Under the pieces are notes generated by a model. The model was not told the origin of the DNA, did not search any database, and was given only the letters and a program-made list of their open reading frames with translations. Shown here one piece after another: positions 1 to 10,565 of a stretch of DNA of 64,000 nucleotides. This DNA comes from Acidimicrobiales bacterium (GTDB taxonomy: Bacteria > Actinomycetota > Acidimicrobiia > Acidimicrobiales > Bog-793), in the NCBI GenBank assembly GCA_052146595.1, contig JBKQMT010000038.1, positions 5,893 through 69,892 on the forward strand, read 5' to 3'. The position numbers and the translations under genes are program-made. The first letter of the stretch is position 1. Every line of letters begins with the position of its first letter.

Positions 1-572
1 TCCGCCTCGGCCAACTCGTCAGCTTCGTCGGGCGCCGGATGTCGAAGCGTTCGGGAAACTTCGTCAAGCTCGACTCGATCATCGACGAGTTGGGGCCTGA
101 CGCGACCAGGCTCCTTTCCCTTCTCAACTCCATCGACCAGGCCACGACGCTCGATCTCGACCTCATGAAACGCCAGTCGATGGAGAACCCGGTCTTCTAT
201 GTGCAATACGCCCACGCCCGGATCGCCTCGATCGAGCGCAGGCGGGCGGAGCGAGGCATCGAGCGCGTCCCCATCTCCGAGGCCGACCTGGCTTTGCTGG
301 TCCACGACCGGGAGCTCGAGCTCATGAGATGCCTGGTCGATCTGCCGCACGTGGTCGCCGAGGCGGCCAAGGACCGAGCACCGCACAAGGTGACGAACTG
401 GGCCCGCCTGCTCGCAGGTGAGTTCCACGGCTTCTATCACGACTGCCGCGTCCTGTCCGAAGAGATCCCGCCCGAGCTCACCCAGGCCCGGCTCTGGCTG
501 GTCGAAGGAGTCAGGATCGGCCTCGCGATCGCGCTCGGGCTGCTCGGGGTCCGGGCGCCCGACGAGATGTGA
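1..572 (+). CDS. argS: Arginyl-tRNA synthetase, C-terminal part (5' end lies outside the window)
   Basis: The frame is open from the window edge to the TGA at 570-572. The translation ...RRMSKRSGNFVKLDSIIDELG...NPVFYVQYAHARIASI... matches the ArgRS MSK-loop region and the C-terminal anticodon-binding domain. The argS-lysA-hom-thrC neighbourhood is conserved. Confidence 0.85.
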   Translation, partial: RLGQLVSFVGRRMSKRSGNFVKLDSIIDELGPDATRLLSLLNSIDQATTLDLDLMKRQSMENPVFYVQYAHARIASIERRRAERGIERVPISEADLALLVHDRELELMRCLVDLPHVVAEAAKDRAPHKVTNWARLLAGEFHGFYHDCRVLSEEIPPELTQARLWLVEGVRIGLAIALGLLGVRAPDEM

Positions 573-1930
573 CCGGCGGCCGAGCCCCCTCGGGGGCCTC
601 CGCGCCCGAGGCGACCGCGCCCGGAGCGACCGGGTCCGAGGGCCCGATCGACTGGCGCCTTCTTCCCGACACGAGCGCGATCACTGCCGACGGTCACCTG
701 AGCGTCGGCGGGGTCGACCTCCTGGAGCTAGCGGAGCAGGTCGGTACTCCGGTGTTCGTCTACGACGAGGACCATATGCGCGCTCGGTGCCGCGAGGCGG
801 TTGCAGGCTTCGGGTCCGGCGTCGCTTATGCCACGAAGGCCTTCTTGTGCAAGGCGATGGTGGCCCTCGCCCTCGAAGAGGGCATGGCGCTCGACGTGTC
901 GACCGGTGGAGAGCTGGCCGTGGCGCTCGCCGGAGGGGCGAGCGGCGAGCGCCTGGTCTGCCACGGCAACAACAAGTCTTCTGAGGAGCTGGCGGCGGCG
1001 CTGCGCGCTGGCGTCGCCCGGATCGTGGTCGACTCGTTCGACGAGATCGGCCGTCTGCGCGCCCTCGCCGCCACGGGCGCGGCCTCCGGCCCTGCGGGCC
1101 ATCGCCGGCGCTTGTTGGTCCGCATGACACCGGGCATCGAGGCGCACACCCACGAGTACGTGAGAACGGGGCAGGAGGACACGAAGTTCGGTTTCTCCCT
1201 CGCTTCTGGTGCGGCGGCCGAGGCCGTCGAGGCGCTCAGGCGCTTGGAGGAATTCGAGCTCGTCGGTGTGCACGCCCATATCGGCAGCCAGATCTTCGAG
1301 GTCTCCGCCTTTGCCGAGGAGGTCGCCGCCCTCTCCCCGTTCGTGGTCGAGAACCGTCTCTCGGAGTGCTGCATCGGCGGCGGTCTCGGCGTCGCCTACG
1401 TCGAGGGCGAGGCGGCGCCTTCTATCAGCGAGTGGGCCAGAGCCGTGCACTCGGCAGCCGGTCTGGCCGGCCTGCCCTCTTCGGTCCGCCTCACCGCCGA
1501 GCCGGGGCGCGCCATAGTCGCCAGCGCGGCCGTGACGCTTTACCGGGTCGGCACGATCAAACGACTCCCTGGCTTGCGTTCTTATGTCGCGGTCGACGGT
1601 GGCATGTCCGACAACCCCCGGCCCGTGCTCTACGGCAGCGGCTACGAGGCCTTCCTGCCCCGCGCGCCCCTGGCGCCGCGGCCCCAGGCCGCCCGGCTGG
1701 TGGGCAAGCACTGCGAGTCAGGTGACGTCATCGTCGACGATGCCCGCCTTCCCTCGGATCTCGCCGTCGGCGATGTGGTCGCCACGCCCGTCACCGGCGC
1801 CTACGGATACTCCATGGCTTCCAACTACAACCGGGTGCTGCGTCCAGCGGTTGTGTTCGTCTCCCAGGGCCGGTGGCGCCTCGTGGTCCGGCGCGAGACG
1901 ATCGCCGACCTGCTCGCCCTTGAAGCCTGA
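569..1930 (+). CDS. lysA: Diaminopimelate decarboxylase
   Basis: 453 aa with PLP-decarboxylase motifs AYATKAF, HAHIGSQI, GGGLGVAY and CESGD. The GTG start overlaps the argS stop (GTGA). Confidence 0.9.
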   Translation: MTGGRAPSGASAPEATAPGATGSEGPIDWRLLPDTSAITADGHLSVGGVDLLELAEQVGTPVFVYDEDHMRARCREAVAGFGSGVAYATKAFLCKAMVALALEEGMALDVSTGGELAVALAGGASGERLVCHGNNKSSEELAAALRAGVARIVVDSFDEIGRLRALAATGAASGPAGHRRRLLVRMTPGIEAHTHEYVRTGQEDTKFGFSLASGAAAEAVEALRRLEEFELVGVHAHIGSQIFEVSAFAEEVAALSPFVVENRLSECCIGGGLGVAYVEGEAAPSISEWARAVHSAAGLAGLPSSVRLTAEPGRAIVASAAVTLYRVGTIKRLPGLRSYVAVDGGMSDNPRPVLYGSGYEAFLPRAPLAPRPQAARLVGKHCESGDVIVDDARLPSDLAVGDVVATPVTGAYGYSMASNYNRVLRPAVVFVSQGRWRLVVRRETIADLLALEA

Positions 1931-1941
1931 CTCCTCCCGTC

Positions 1942-3294
1942 TTGTACCTTGTGGCGGTGGGTGAGACTCAATTGAGCGCCAGAAGCGCCACCGCCGTCGT
2001 GCACGTCGGCCTCCTCGGTTACGGCAACGTCGGGGTCGCTTTCACCAGGCTGATCGATTCCCAAGCCGAGGCCATCGCGCTCCGCACCGGCTTGGAACTG
2101 CGCGTGACGCGCATCGCCGTCAGGGACACGGCCAGGGAACGGCCGGGCTCCGCTCGTTCCGATGCCGGCGAGCGGTTGTGCGGCGATGCCGCTGCACTCG
2201 TGAGCGACCCCTCGGTCGATATCGTCGTCGAGCTCGTCGGCGGCATCGAACCGGCGCGCAGCTTGGTGCTGGCGGCTCTCGCGGCCGGAAAGCCCGTCGT
2301 CACCGCCAACAAGGAGCTCCTCTCGACCTCGGGCGCCGAGCTTCTCGCCGCGGCGGAGAAGGGGGGAGTCGACCTGTTCTACGAGGCCTCGGTGGCGGGG
2401 GCCATCCCGCTCGTCCGACTCCTCAACGACTCGCTGGCGGGGGAGCGGATCGTCCGTGTGATGGGAATCGTGAACGGCACGACGAACTTCGTGCTCACCT
2501 CCATGAGCGAGGAGGGGAGCGAGTACGCGAGCGCCCTCGCCGAAGCGCAGGCGCTCGGTTATGCGGAGAGCGACCCGACCGCCGACGTCGAGGGCTTCGA
2601 CGCCCGCGCCAAGGCCGCCATCCTGGCCGGCATAGCCTTCGACGCCGACGTCGTCGCAAGTGACGTCTACGCCGAGGGGATCACGGCCATCGGCGCCTCC
2701 GACATAGCCTTTGCCCACAAGCTGGGCTACGAGGTCAAGCTGCTCGCGGTTGCCGAGCGTGTGGGAGACGGGCCCGTGCCGGCGGTCGCTGTGCGCGTCC
2801 ATCCCGCCATGGTTCCCCGCGAGCACCCTCTTGCGAGCGTTCGCGGGGCGTTCAACGCGGTTTTCGTCGAAGGCGACACCGCCGGCGAGCTCATGGTCTA
2901 CGGCCGCGGGGCGGGCGGGATGGCGACGGCAAGTGCCGTGCTCGGAGATGTGGTCGCGGCCGCCCACCACTTGCGCGAAGAGACAAGAGGCCGTGCCGTG
3001 CGCCGTCAGCGTGTCGAGATCAGCTCGATCTCGGAGCTCTTCACTCAGTACTACCTCGCCTTGGATGTCAAGGATCAGCCCGGCGTGCTGGCATCGGTGG
3101 CGCGCGTGTTCGGCGAGCATCACGTCTCGATCCGGTCCATGGAACAGATCGGGCTCGGTGATGGGGCGAGGCTGGTGTTCATCACCCACACCGCCCGCGA
3201 GGCCGACCTGCAGGCGACTCTCGCCTCGCTGGCGGGTCTGGACGTCGTCGCCCGCGTCGGCGCCTTGTTGCGGGTCATCGGGCCGGAACGTTGA
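1942..3294 (+). CDS. hom: Homoserine dehydrogenase with C-terminal ACT domain
   Basis: Motifs GLLGYGNVG (NAD-binding), NGTTNFVL and [14 protein letters not shown]. The start is uncertain; an internal GTG at 1999 (VHVGLLGYG...) is equally plausible. Confidence 0.9.
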   Translation: MYLVAVGETQLSARSATAVVHVGLLGYGNVGVAFTRLIDSQAEAIALRTGLELRVTRIAVRDTARERPGSARSDAGERLCGDAAALVSDPSVDIVVELVGGIEPARSLVLAALAAGKPVVTANKELLSTSGAELLAAAEKGGVDLFYEASVAGAIPLVRLLNDSLAGERIVRVMGIVNGTTNFVLTSMSEEGSEYASALAEAQALGYAESDPTADVEGFDARAKAAILAGIAFDADVVASDVYAEGITAIGASDIAFAHKLGYEVKLLAVAERVGDGPVPAVAVRVHPAMVPREHPLASVRGAFNAVFVEGDTAGELMVYGRGAGGMATASAVLGDVVAAAHHLREETRGRAVRRQRVEISSISELFTQYYLALDVKDQPGVLASVARVFGEHHVSIRSMEQIGLGDGARLVFITHTAREADLQATLASLAGLDVVARVGALLRVIGPER

Positions 3295-4346
3295 GCGGGG
3301 GCACGGTGAGCGCCTGGCGCGGGGTGCTCGAGGAGTACCGCGACTTCCTCCCTGTCTCGGAGAAGACTCCTGTCGTGACGCTGCTGGAGGGCGGGACGCC
3401 CTTGCTCACCGCCCCCCGGCTTTCGGAGCGTGTCGGTTGCAACGTCCTGCTCAAGCTCGAAGGAGCGAACCCGACCGGCTCGTTCAAGGACCGCGGGATG
3501 ACAGTGGCGATCTCCAAGGCTGCCGAGGATGGCGTCAAGGCGGTCGTCTGCGCCTCGACCGGCAACACGTCCGCTTCCGCCGCCGCCTACGCCGCCCGGG
3601 CCGGCATGAGTTGCGCGGTTCTCATCCCCGAGGGTCACATCGCCCTCGGCAAGCTGGCCCAGGCCCTCGTGCACGGGGCGCGTGTCGTGCAGGTGCGGGG
3701 CAACTTCGACGTCGCCCTCGAGATCGTTCGCGAGCTGCCGCGCCGCGCTCCGGTCGTCGTGGTGAACTCCGTCAACCCGTTTCGCATCGAGGGGCAGAAG
3801 ACGGGTGCCTTCGAGATAGTCGACAGGCTCGGGGACGCGCCCGAGGTCCACTGCATCCCGGTGGGCAACGCCGGGAACATCACGGCCTACTGGCGCGGCT
3901 ACTGCGAGTACCGAAATGCCGGCCGCTCCACGAGGCTCCCCAGGATGCTCGGTTTCCAGGCCGCCGGTGCCGCCCCGATCGTCGCCGGACACCCGATCGC
4001 CGAGCCCGAGACGATCGCCACGGCGATCCGCATCGGCAACCCGGCCTCCTGGTACGGGGCGACGGCGGCAGCGTCCGAGTCCGGCGGTGGCATCTATGCC
4101 GTGACCGACGAGGAGATCCTCGAGGCCTACAGGTTTCTCGCTGCCGAGGAGTCGGTGTTCTGTGAGGCGGCCTCGGCGGCCTCGGTCGCCGGCCTGCTGA
4201 AGGCGAACGTGGCGAAAGGCTCGATCGTGGTCTGCGTGCTGACCGGCCACGGTCTCAAGGACCCGGATCTCGCCATCAGCCAGGCGTCGGTGCCGGACGT
4301 GGTCGACGCCGACCTCGCCTCGGTACTCGGCGCGCTCTCGCTCTGA
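3291..4346 (+). CDS. thrC: Threonine synthase
   Basis: 351 aa with the PLP-lysine motif GSFKDRGM and [11 protein letters not shown]. The TTG start overlaps the hom stop (TTGA). Confidence 0.9.
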   Translation: MSGGTVSAWRGVLEEYRDFLPVSEKTPVVTLLEGGTPLLTAPRLSERVGCNVLLKLEGANPTGSFKDRGMTVAISKAAEDGVKAVVCASTGNTSASAAAYAARAGMSCAVLIPEGHIALGKLAQALVHGARVVQVRGNFDVALEIVRELPRRAPVVVVNSVNPFRIEGQKTGAFEIVDRLGDAPEVHCIPVGNAGNITAYWRGYCEYRNAGRSTRLPRMLGFQAAGAAPIVAGHPIAEPETIATAIRIGNPASWYGATAAASESGGGIYAVTDEEILEAYRFLAAEESVFCEAASAASVAGLLKANVAKGSIVVCVLTGHGLKDPDLAISQASVPDVVDADLASVLGALSL

Positions 4347-4713
4347 CGCCCGGGAGCGGACTCTCCTTTTCCACCACAAAGAGTGGTCGTTGGGGTGGTC
4401 TGGAGGGAGAATTCTCACTCTTAGTGCTTAGGCCTCGCCATGGGACGCCGAAGGACTCTGCAGGTGACGCCTCACATGGGAGAGACCCGAACAGAGCAGG
4501 TCGAGCCGCTCCTCGCCGCCGACGGACCGGACTATTGGCGGGCGACGCGGACGCCTCAGAGCCGATGGGGCCGGTGGTGGGAGATGCTCCCCGGCCTCGA
4601 CGGCAAGACCCTCCCCGCCCGTCCTCGCAGGTTCGGGCGCCTGGCCCGGCGCCAACGGCGAGATCAGGGTGGGCGTGCGAGAACGCTCGGCAGCCGGATA
4701 GAACGCCCGGTGT

Positions 4714-4742
4714 TTGCCGGGGGTCGAATGTCCCGCTAGTAT
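4714..4742 (+). promoter_or_regulatory. Candidate sigma-70-type promoter for the rho leader (TTGCCG-17 nt-TAGTAT)
   Basis: Hexamers TTGCCG (4714-4719) and TAGTAT (4737-4742) are separated by 17 nt, about 380 nt upstream of the best rho start. This is a pattern match only. Confidence 0.2.
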
Positions 4743-4825
4743 GCGGTTGCCTTCGTTCGTCATTGCGGACGCGAGCTTGCCCCCTGGGGCGGGCTACCCG
4801 AATGGGGCGGCGGGAATCGCAGAGG

Positions 4826-4865
4826 TCCTTTCCCTGTTGTTACCTACACCGGCACTTCCCTCCGT
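4826..4865 (+). promoter_or_regulatory. C-rich, G-poor tract in the rho 5' leader (candidate rut-like site for Rho autoregulation)
   Basis: In tcctttccctgttgttacctacaccggcacttccctcc I count 17 C versus 4 G over 38 nt, in an otherwise G-rich genome. It lies about 255-295 nt upstream of the rho start. Confidence 0.3.
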
Positions 4866-5119
4866 GCAGACGCTCTAGCCGCCGTGGGCACCCACTGATT
4901 GAGCTGTGCGATCCGACGAAGTCAGGGAGTCGTTCTTCTTGAGGCTCCCGGCGGCGGATCGCAGGCTCGGGTCGAGTACATGATCCGACCGGTCCGGGTG
5001 ACGGCCCGGGAGGGCACGCTGTGAGCGCATCTGGGGGAGCACTGGTACCGCCGAATCCCGCAAGGCCGGGGACCCCCAAACAACGCCTTTTACAACAGAA
5101 AGATCCAGAGAGGAAGCTG

Positions 5120-7066
5120 ATGAGCGAAGAACAGCTCGAGCGTTCGATTCTTGAGCGCAAAGCGAGCGACGAGCTTCGAGCGATCGCGACCGCCATGTCC
5201 CTCGAGCCCGTAGCGCGTTCGCGCAAGGCGGATCTCGTGAACCAGATCCTGCGCGCCGCCGGCGTCGAGGTCGAGGACGCCGCCGGGGCGCACTCGAATG
5301 CCCCGGGCTCGGGCTCGGCGCATTCGCCGGCTGCCAACGGCGCCGCGGCCGATAGCTCGGAGGGCGAACCCGCCGGCGCCCCTGCCACGAAGCAGGCGCG
5401 CGGTCGCACGTCGCGAGCCCGGTCCACGGCCAAGACGGCCTCTGTTGACCAGTCGGGCTCCAACGGCAGCGCGGGTGGGCAGGCTCACGGGCGTGACGAC
5501 GACTCGCTGCCGGCAGGTTCGACACTCGTCAACGGGAGCGGCCCGGTCTCCTCGAGCGACGCCGAGAACCCGGTCGCCGCGGCCGCGGCAGCCATTCTGG
5601 CGAGCTCGGACGCCGAGCGGAACGGTGAGGAGCCGGTGTCGACGACCGGTGCTGGCAATGAGAGCGGGCCGGCCGGGCACGCCGGTGCCGTCGCCATGAC
5701 TGGTGCCGAGTCGCCCGATCGCACGGGTGGGGACGTCTCGACGAGCCCACGCCCTCAACGCCAGCCTCAGCAGCACTCGCAGCCGCGGGGCGGCCAGGCC
5801 GCTCAAGGCGGCCAGATCGGCCAAGTCGAGCCCGGCAACCGCCGCGGGCGCCGTCGCCGGGGACGAGACCGGGAACGCGGCAGCCAAGAGCCTCAAGGTG
5901 GCGGCCAGGAAGTCGCCTGGCAGGGCGAGCTGGTGCCCGTTCGTGGCCTGCTCGACTTGAGAGACGAGGGATACGGCTTCCTTCGCACCAGTGGCTACCT
6001 GCCGAGCTCCAAGGACGTGTACATCTCGGTCTCACAGGCCAGGCGGTTCTCTCTGCGACGCGGGGATGCCATCGAGGGTGCGTGTCGCCCGGCGGGTCCG
6101 AGTGAGAAGTACCCCGCCCTGCTGCGTATCGACTCGGTTTGCGGGATGACGCCCGAGGAGGCCCGGGAACGGCCGCGTTTCGAGGACCTGACGCCGCTGT
6201 TCCCCGACCAGCGGATGCGGCTCGAGCTGAAGGAGGACCCGCTCAACACGACGGCGAGGATCGTGGACCTGATCTCGCCCATCGGCAAGGGCCAGCGGAG
6301 CATGATCGTGTCGCCGCCGAAGGCCGGCAAGACCACGATCCTCAAGCAGATAGCCCATTCGATCGAGCAGAACGACCCGAGCGTTCACCTCATGGTCCTG
6401 CTCGTCGACGAGCGCCCCGAAGAGGCGACCGACTGGCGCCGCTCGGTCAAAGGCGAGGTGATCGCCTCGACCTTCGACCGCCCGGCCGATGAGCACACGA
6501 CCGTCGCCGAGCTCGCCATCGAGCGGGCCAAGCGGCTCGTCGAGCTCGGCAGGGACGTCGTGATAATCCTGGACGGGATCACGCGCCTCGCCCGGGCGTA
6601 CAACCTGGCCCAGCCGGCGACAGGCCGCATCATGTCCGGTGGTGTGGACTCCGGAGCCCTTTACCCGCCCAAGAAGTTCTTCGGTGCGGCCCGCAACATC
6701 GAAGAGGGCGGTTCGCTCACGATCCTCGCCACTGCCCTCGTGGAGACCGGCTCGAAGATGGACGAAGTCATCTTCGAGGAGTTCAAGGGGACGGGCAACA
6801 TGGAGCTCCGCCTCGACCGCAAGCTCGCCGAGCGCCGGATCTACCCAGCCATCGACGTCAATGCCAGCTCGACCCGCCACGAGGAGCTGCTCTTCGACCG
6901 TTCTCAACTCCAGCAGGTCTGGAAGCTCCGCCGCGTGCTGAACGCCCTCGGTGGCGACGGTGGTCCCGGAGCCGGCCTCGAGCTGCTCATGGACAAGATC
7001 CGCACCACTCGCTCCAACGACGAGTTCCTCGCCGAGATCGCCAAGGCGCCGGTCCCGGGAGGCTGA
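5120..7066 (+). CDS. rho: Transcription termination factor Rho with a long low-complexity N-terminal insertion
   Basis: Contains the Rho N-terminal helix ([13 protein letters not shown]), the CSD region (GYGFLR), Walker A (PPKAGKTT) and a RecA-type core. I prefer the ATG at 5120 because it follows GAGAGGAAG. The ORF track begins at GTG 5021. Confidence 0.9.
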   Translation: MSEEQLERSILERKASDELRAIATAMSLEPVARSRKADLVNQILRAAGVEVEDAAGAHSNAPGSGSAHSPAANGAAADSSEGEPAGAPATKQARGRTSRARSTAKTASVDQSGSNGSAGGQAHGRDDDSLPAGSTLVNGSGPVSSSDAENPVAAAAAAILASSDAERNGEEPVSTTGAGNESGPAGHAGAVAMTGAESPDRTGGDVSTSPRPQRQPQQHSQPRGGQAAQGGQIGQVEPGNRRGRRRRGRDRERGSQEPQGGGQEVAWQGELVPVRGLLDLRDEGYGFLRTSGYLPSSKDVYISVSQARRFSLRRGDAIEGACRPAGPSEKYPALLRIDSVCGMTPEEARERPRFEDLTPLFPDQRMRLELKEDPLNTTARIVDLISPIGKGQRSMIVSPPKAGKTTILKQIAHSIEQNDPSVHLMVLLVDERPEEATDWRRSVKGEVIASTFDRPADEHTTVAELAIERAKRLVELGRDVVIILDGITRLARAYNLAQPATGRIMSGGVDSGALYPPKKFFGAARNIEEGGSLTILATALVETGSKMDEVIFEEFKGTGNMELRLDRKLAERRIYPAIDVNASSTRHEELLFDRSQLQQVWKLRRVLNALGGDGGPGAGLELLMDKIRTTRSNDEFLAEIAKAPVPGG

Positions 7067-7123
7067 TCCACATCGGGCGGCAGCGGATGAGCGCCGCCCG
7101 GGAAGCCCTACAATGGAGACATC

Positions 7124-7336
7124 ATGAAGACAGATATCCACCCTGCCTACGAGACCGCGTCAGTGCGCTGTTCGTGCGGGAACACCTTCACCACGAGATC
7201 GACCAAGCCCGACCTTCATGTCGAGCTGTGCAACGAATGCCACCCCTTCTACACGGGCAAGCAGAAGCTGGTGGATACCGGTGGGCGCGTGGAGCGCTTC
7301 GAGCGCCGCTACGGCCAGCGCAAGACCAAGCGCTGA
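7124..7336 (+). CDS. rpmE: 50S ribosomal protein L31 (Zn-ribbon type, CxxC...CxxC)
   Basis: [27 protein letters not shown]...[13 protein letters not shown] is a near-canonical L31 sequence. Confidence 0.95.
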   Translation: MKTDIHPAYETASVRCSCGNTFTTRSTKPDLHVELCNECHPFYTGKQKLVDTGGRVERFERRYGQRKTKR

Positions 7337-7410
7337 CCCGCCCCGACCGGCCAGTAGGCGAACCCGGCACCTCTCCGGGGCGACGTCCGCCGGCGCAGTA
7401 GCCTGAGTTC

Positions 7411-8472
7411 GTGCTCGATCGCCTTGAGGCGCTTGAGGCCGAGTACTCCCAGGTCCTCAGCCGCCTTTCTGACCCGACTCTCTCGCAGGACCCAAGCGAG
7501 CTGCGCAAACTGTCGCGCCGTCACAAGGAGCTCGAGACCGTGGTGCGCAAGATGCACGAGCTCAAGGCCGCCCAGGAGGACGTCGCCACAGCTCGTGAGC
7601 TGGCCGCAGATGCCGTCGGCGCCGAGCGCGAGCTCGGCCGCGAGGAGCAGAACGCCGCAGAGGCACGGGTCGTGGCCCTCGAGAGCGAGCTGCGTGACCT
7701 GCTGATGCCGCGGGACCCCAACGACGGGCGCAATGTCATCGTCGAGATACGCGGCGCGGAGGGAGGCGAGGAGGCGAACCTGTTCGCCAAGGACCTGTTC
7801 GACATGTACCTGCGTTACGCCGACCACCGTGGTTGGCGCGTCGAGGTGCTGGACCTTCGCGAGTCCGAGCTCGGTGGCGTCGACGGGGTCACGTTTCTCG
7901 TGAAGGGCGAGGACGCCTGGCAGCGCCTGCACCAGGAGGCCGGTACCCACCGGGTGCAGCGGATCCCGGTCACCGAGTCCCAGGGCCGGGTCCACACCTC
8001 CTCTGCGACGGTGAACGTGCTGCCCGAGGCCGAGGAGGTCGAGGTCGAGATCGAGCCTGGCGACCTCCGTATCGACGTCTACCGCTCGACCGGGCCCGGG
8101 GGGCAGTCGGTCAACACGACGGACTCGGCCGTGCGCATAACCCACCTGCCGACCGGGCTCGTGGTGGCGATGCAGGACGAGAAGAGCCAGATCCAGAACC
8201 GCGCGGCCGCGCTCAAAGTGCTGAGGGCGCGCCTTTACGACCTCGAACGGCAGAAGAACGCAGCCGCTCTTGCCAAAGAGCGCCGCGCCCAGGTCGGTGG
8301 CGGCGGCCGCTCGGAGAAGGTCCGTACCTACAACTTCAAGGACAACAGGGTCACTGATCACAGGATCGGGCTCACCTTGAAGAAGCTCGATCGCATCCTG
8401 ATGGGCGACCTCGAGGAGCTCGTCGACGCGCTCTTGGCAGACGAGCGGAGCCGCCAGCTAGTCGAGGGATGA
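7411..8472 (+). CDS. prfA: Peptide chain release factor 1
   Basis: Contains the GGQ motif ([24 protein letters not shown]) and PEAEEV in the region where RF1 carries its PxT tripeptide. The protein is 353 aa. Confidence 0.95.
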   Translation: MLDRLEALEAEYSQVLSRLSDPTLSQDPSELRKLSRRHKELETVVRKMHELKAAQEDVATARELAADAVGAERELGREEQNAAEARVVALESELRDLLMPRDPNDGRNVIVEIRGAEGGEEANLFAKDLFDMYLRYADHRGWRVEVLDLRESELGGVDGVTFLVKGEDAWQRLHQEAGTHRVQRIPVTESQGRVHTSSATVNVLPEAEEVEVEIEPGDLRIDVYRSTGPGGQSVNTTDSAVRITHLPTGLVVAMQDEKSQIQNRAAALKVLRARLYDLERQKNAAALAKERRAQVGGGGRSEKVRTYNFKDNRVTDHRIGLTLKKLDRILMGDLEELVDALLADERSRQLVEG

Positions 8473-9353
8473 GGCGACGGACCGAAGTGGTCACCACGAC
8501 CTGGCGCCAACTGTGGCGTCGAACCTCCGCCGCGATCGCCGATCCCGTCCAGACGCGGTGGCTGCTCGAAGAGGCCAGCGGCCTCGGCGGCGCGGCCTTG
8601 CTGGGCTATCTCGATCGCGAGGCGGACCCTGAATCCGCGGCCCGGCTGGAGTCGTTGGTCCAGCGCCGGCTCGCCGGCGAGCCGCTCCAGCATGTGCTCG
8701 GCCACTGGGGCTTTCGCACCCTCGAGGTCGCAGTCGACTCGCGGGTGCTGGTCCCGCGCCCCGAGACCGAGCTCGTCGTAGAAGTCGCCCTCTGCGCGCT
8801 CGACCGCCTTCGCGCTTTGCGGCCCGGCGAAGGCCTGCTCGCGGTCGACCTCGGCACCGGCTCGGGCGTGATCGCCCTCTCGCTCGTGGCCGAGTGGCCC
8901 GAGGTGCGCGTCGTCGCGACCGATCGCGATCCGGCCGCCCTGGACGTGGCCGCAGGCAACCTGGGGACGATCCCGGCCGAGGCGGCGACGCGGGTGGAGC
9001 TTCGTCAGGGCGACTGGTACCAGGCCCTGGATGACGATCTCGCCGGCCGCCTCGATCTGATCGTCGCCAACCCGCCCTACCTCGCCGAGCGCGAATGGTC
9101 CGAACTCGACCCGGTGGTGAGAGATTTCGACCCGTTCGGCGCGCTCGTCGCCGGACCGAGCGGTCTCGAGGCCATCGCGGCGATCGTGGCCGGGGCGCCT
9201 GCGTGGCTCGGCCGGCACGGCTCGGTGGTGGTCGAGATCGCGCCGCAGCAGGCAACAGCCGCCCTCGAACTGGCGAACGAGGCCGGTCTTCGGGAGGCGA
9301 GCGTCGCAGACGACCTGGCCGGGCGAGCGCGCGTTCTCGTGGCCGGGCGGTGA
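8469..9353 (+). CDS. prmC: Release-factor glutamine N5-methyltransferase (HemK/PrmC)
   Basis: SAM-binding DLGTGSG and catalytic NPPY (IVANPPYL). It overlaps the prfA stop, and its position after prfA is conserved. Confidence 0.85.
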   Translation: MRRRTEVVTTTWRQLWRRTSAAIADPVQTRWLLEEASGLGGAALLGYLDREADPESAARLESLVQRRLAGEPLQHVLGHWGFRTLEVAVDSRVLVPRPETELVVEVALCALDRLRALRPGEGLLAVDLGTGSGVIALSLVAEWPEVRVVATDRDPAALDVAAGNLGTIPAEAATRVELRQGDWYQALDDDLAGRLDLIVANPPYLAEREWSELDPVVRDFDPFGALVAGPSGLEAIAAIVAGAPAWLGRHGSVVVEIAPQQATAALELANEAGLREASVADDLAGRARVLVAGR

Positions 9354-9958
9354 ACGCTTCCGTGCCCGACGAGGTCGTCGAGGCGCTGGCGGCCGGGAAG
9401 GTCGTCGCCGTCCCCACCGACACCGTCTACGGGCTTGCCGTGGACGCGCGACAGCCTGGTGCCGTGGCGCGGCTGTTCGCGCTCAAAGGCCGGCCCGGGC
9501 ATGTGGCGGTGCCGGTGCTGATCGCGGATCCGGGCGGGCTCGCCGAGCTGGCGGAGGCGAGCCCGGCGACCGACCGGCTCACCTCTCGCTACTGGCCCGG
9601 GCCGCTCACCTTGGTGCTGCCCCGGCGCCCCGGCGTCGCCTTCGACCTCGGCGGTGACCCGGCGACGATCGGGCTGCGCTGCCCGGCGGACGACATCGTG
9701 AGAGGGCTGCTCGCGAGGGCCGGCCCGCTCGCCGTCACGAGCGCGAACCGCCACGGGGAGGCCCCCTTGCACACCGCGGACGAGGTTCGCGAGCACTTCG
9801 GGGCTGCTCTGGCGGCCGTGCTCGACGGTGGCCGTTGTGCGGGCAGGCCCTCGACGGTGGTGTCGCTCATCGGCGGCGAGCTGCGGTGCCTGCGTGAAGG
9901 GGCGCTTGCCTTCTCGCAGCTCGTGGCGATTGCCGCGGGCACCGAACCTCTTGCGTAA
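9350..9958 (+). CDS. tsaC: L-threonylcarbamoyladenylate synthase (TsaC/Sua5/YrdC family)
   Basis: VVAVPTDTVYGLAVDA, the GPLTLVL region and SANRHGE. GTG 9350 overlaps the prmC stop (GTGA). The track ORF extends upstream to 9095, but that part overlaps prmC. Confidence 0.8.
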   Translation: MNASVPDEVVEALAAGKVVAVPTDTVYGLAVDARQPGAVARLFALKGRPGHVAVPVLIADPGGLAELAEASPATDRLTSRYWPGPLTLVLPRRPGVAFDLGGDPATIGLRCPADDIVRGLLARAGPLAVTSANRHGEAPLHTADEVREHFGAALAAVLDGGRCAGRPSTVVSLIGGELRCLREGALAFSQLVAIAAGTEPLA

Positions 9959-10067
9959 CCCGCTCACCGAGACGGCCAGGTCCATGAAGGGAGACCGACT
10001 CAAGCGGCCGAACCCGCCCGAAACAGGCTCCGGGGCCTGTCGGACCCGGCCAGTACACTCGCGCCCT

Positions 10068-10565
10068 ATGCGCGTCGCTGTCGGATCCGACCATGCCGGC
10101 TTCGAGCTGAAGCAGCTTCTCGCCGGCCGTCTCGTGTCGCTCGGGCACGAGGTGGTGGACCTCGGCACCCACTCCGAGGATCCGGTGGACTACCCGGACT
10201 TCGGCGCCGCCGTCGGTCGCAGCGTCGTGTCGGGTGACACCGATTTCGGGGTCTGTGTTTGCGGCACCGGGATCGGCATCGCCATCGCCGCGAACAAGAT
10301 CCGTGGCGTGCGCGCCGCTGTGGTCCACGACGTGACCTCGGCGAGACTGGCCCGTGAGCACAACAACGCCAACGTGATCTGCTTCGGCGAGCGCCTGGTG
10401 GGCCCCGAGGTTGCGACCGACTCGCTCGAGATGTTCCTGAAAAGCGAGTTCGCAGGAGGTCGGCATCTCCAGAGGATCGAGAAGATCGCCGCTCTCGAGG
10501 CGGAGTTGCCGGAGGACCCGGCGGGAGCCCGACCGGGAGAGGTGTTGGAAGGAGCCGGTAAATGA
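10068..10565 (+). CDS. rpiB: Ribose-5-phosphate isomerase B
   Basis: [15 protein letters not shown]..., [13 protein letters not shown] and [15 protein letters not shown] 10068 was chosen inside the longer track ORF (9828-10565). Confidence 0.85.
   Translation: MRVAVGSDHAGFELKQLLAGRLVSLGHEVVDLGTHSEDPVDYPDFGAAVGRSVVSGDTDFGVCVCGTGIGIAIAANKIRGVRAAVVHDVTSARLAREHNNANVICFGERLVGPEVATDSLEMFLKSEFAGGRHLQRIEKIAALEAELPEDPAGARPGEVLEGAGK

Noticed and set aside
4461-4712. Short stretches resembling conserved blocks of bacterial RNase P RNA: caggtgacgcc, ccgaacagagcagg, gatcagggtgggcgtg, and ggatagaacgcccggtg (compare ACAGAACCCGGC).
   Set aside because: The universally conserved GAGGAAAGUCC (CR-I) element is absent on both strands, and I could not build the P4 pairing. 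The similarities are probably chance in GC-rich sequence. A cmscan would settle it.
4440-4739. 99-aa ORF (MGRRRTLQVTPHMGETRTEQVEPLLAADGPDYWRATRTPQSRWGRWWEM...) in the thrC-rho gap.
   Set aside because: It has no recognisable family and no convincing ribosome-binding site. Its third-position GC (about 76% by my count) is only intermediate, and its composition is Arg-rich. I did not call it as a gene, but it is mentioned under the thrB-slot finding.
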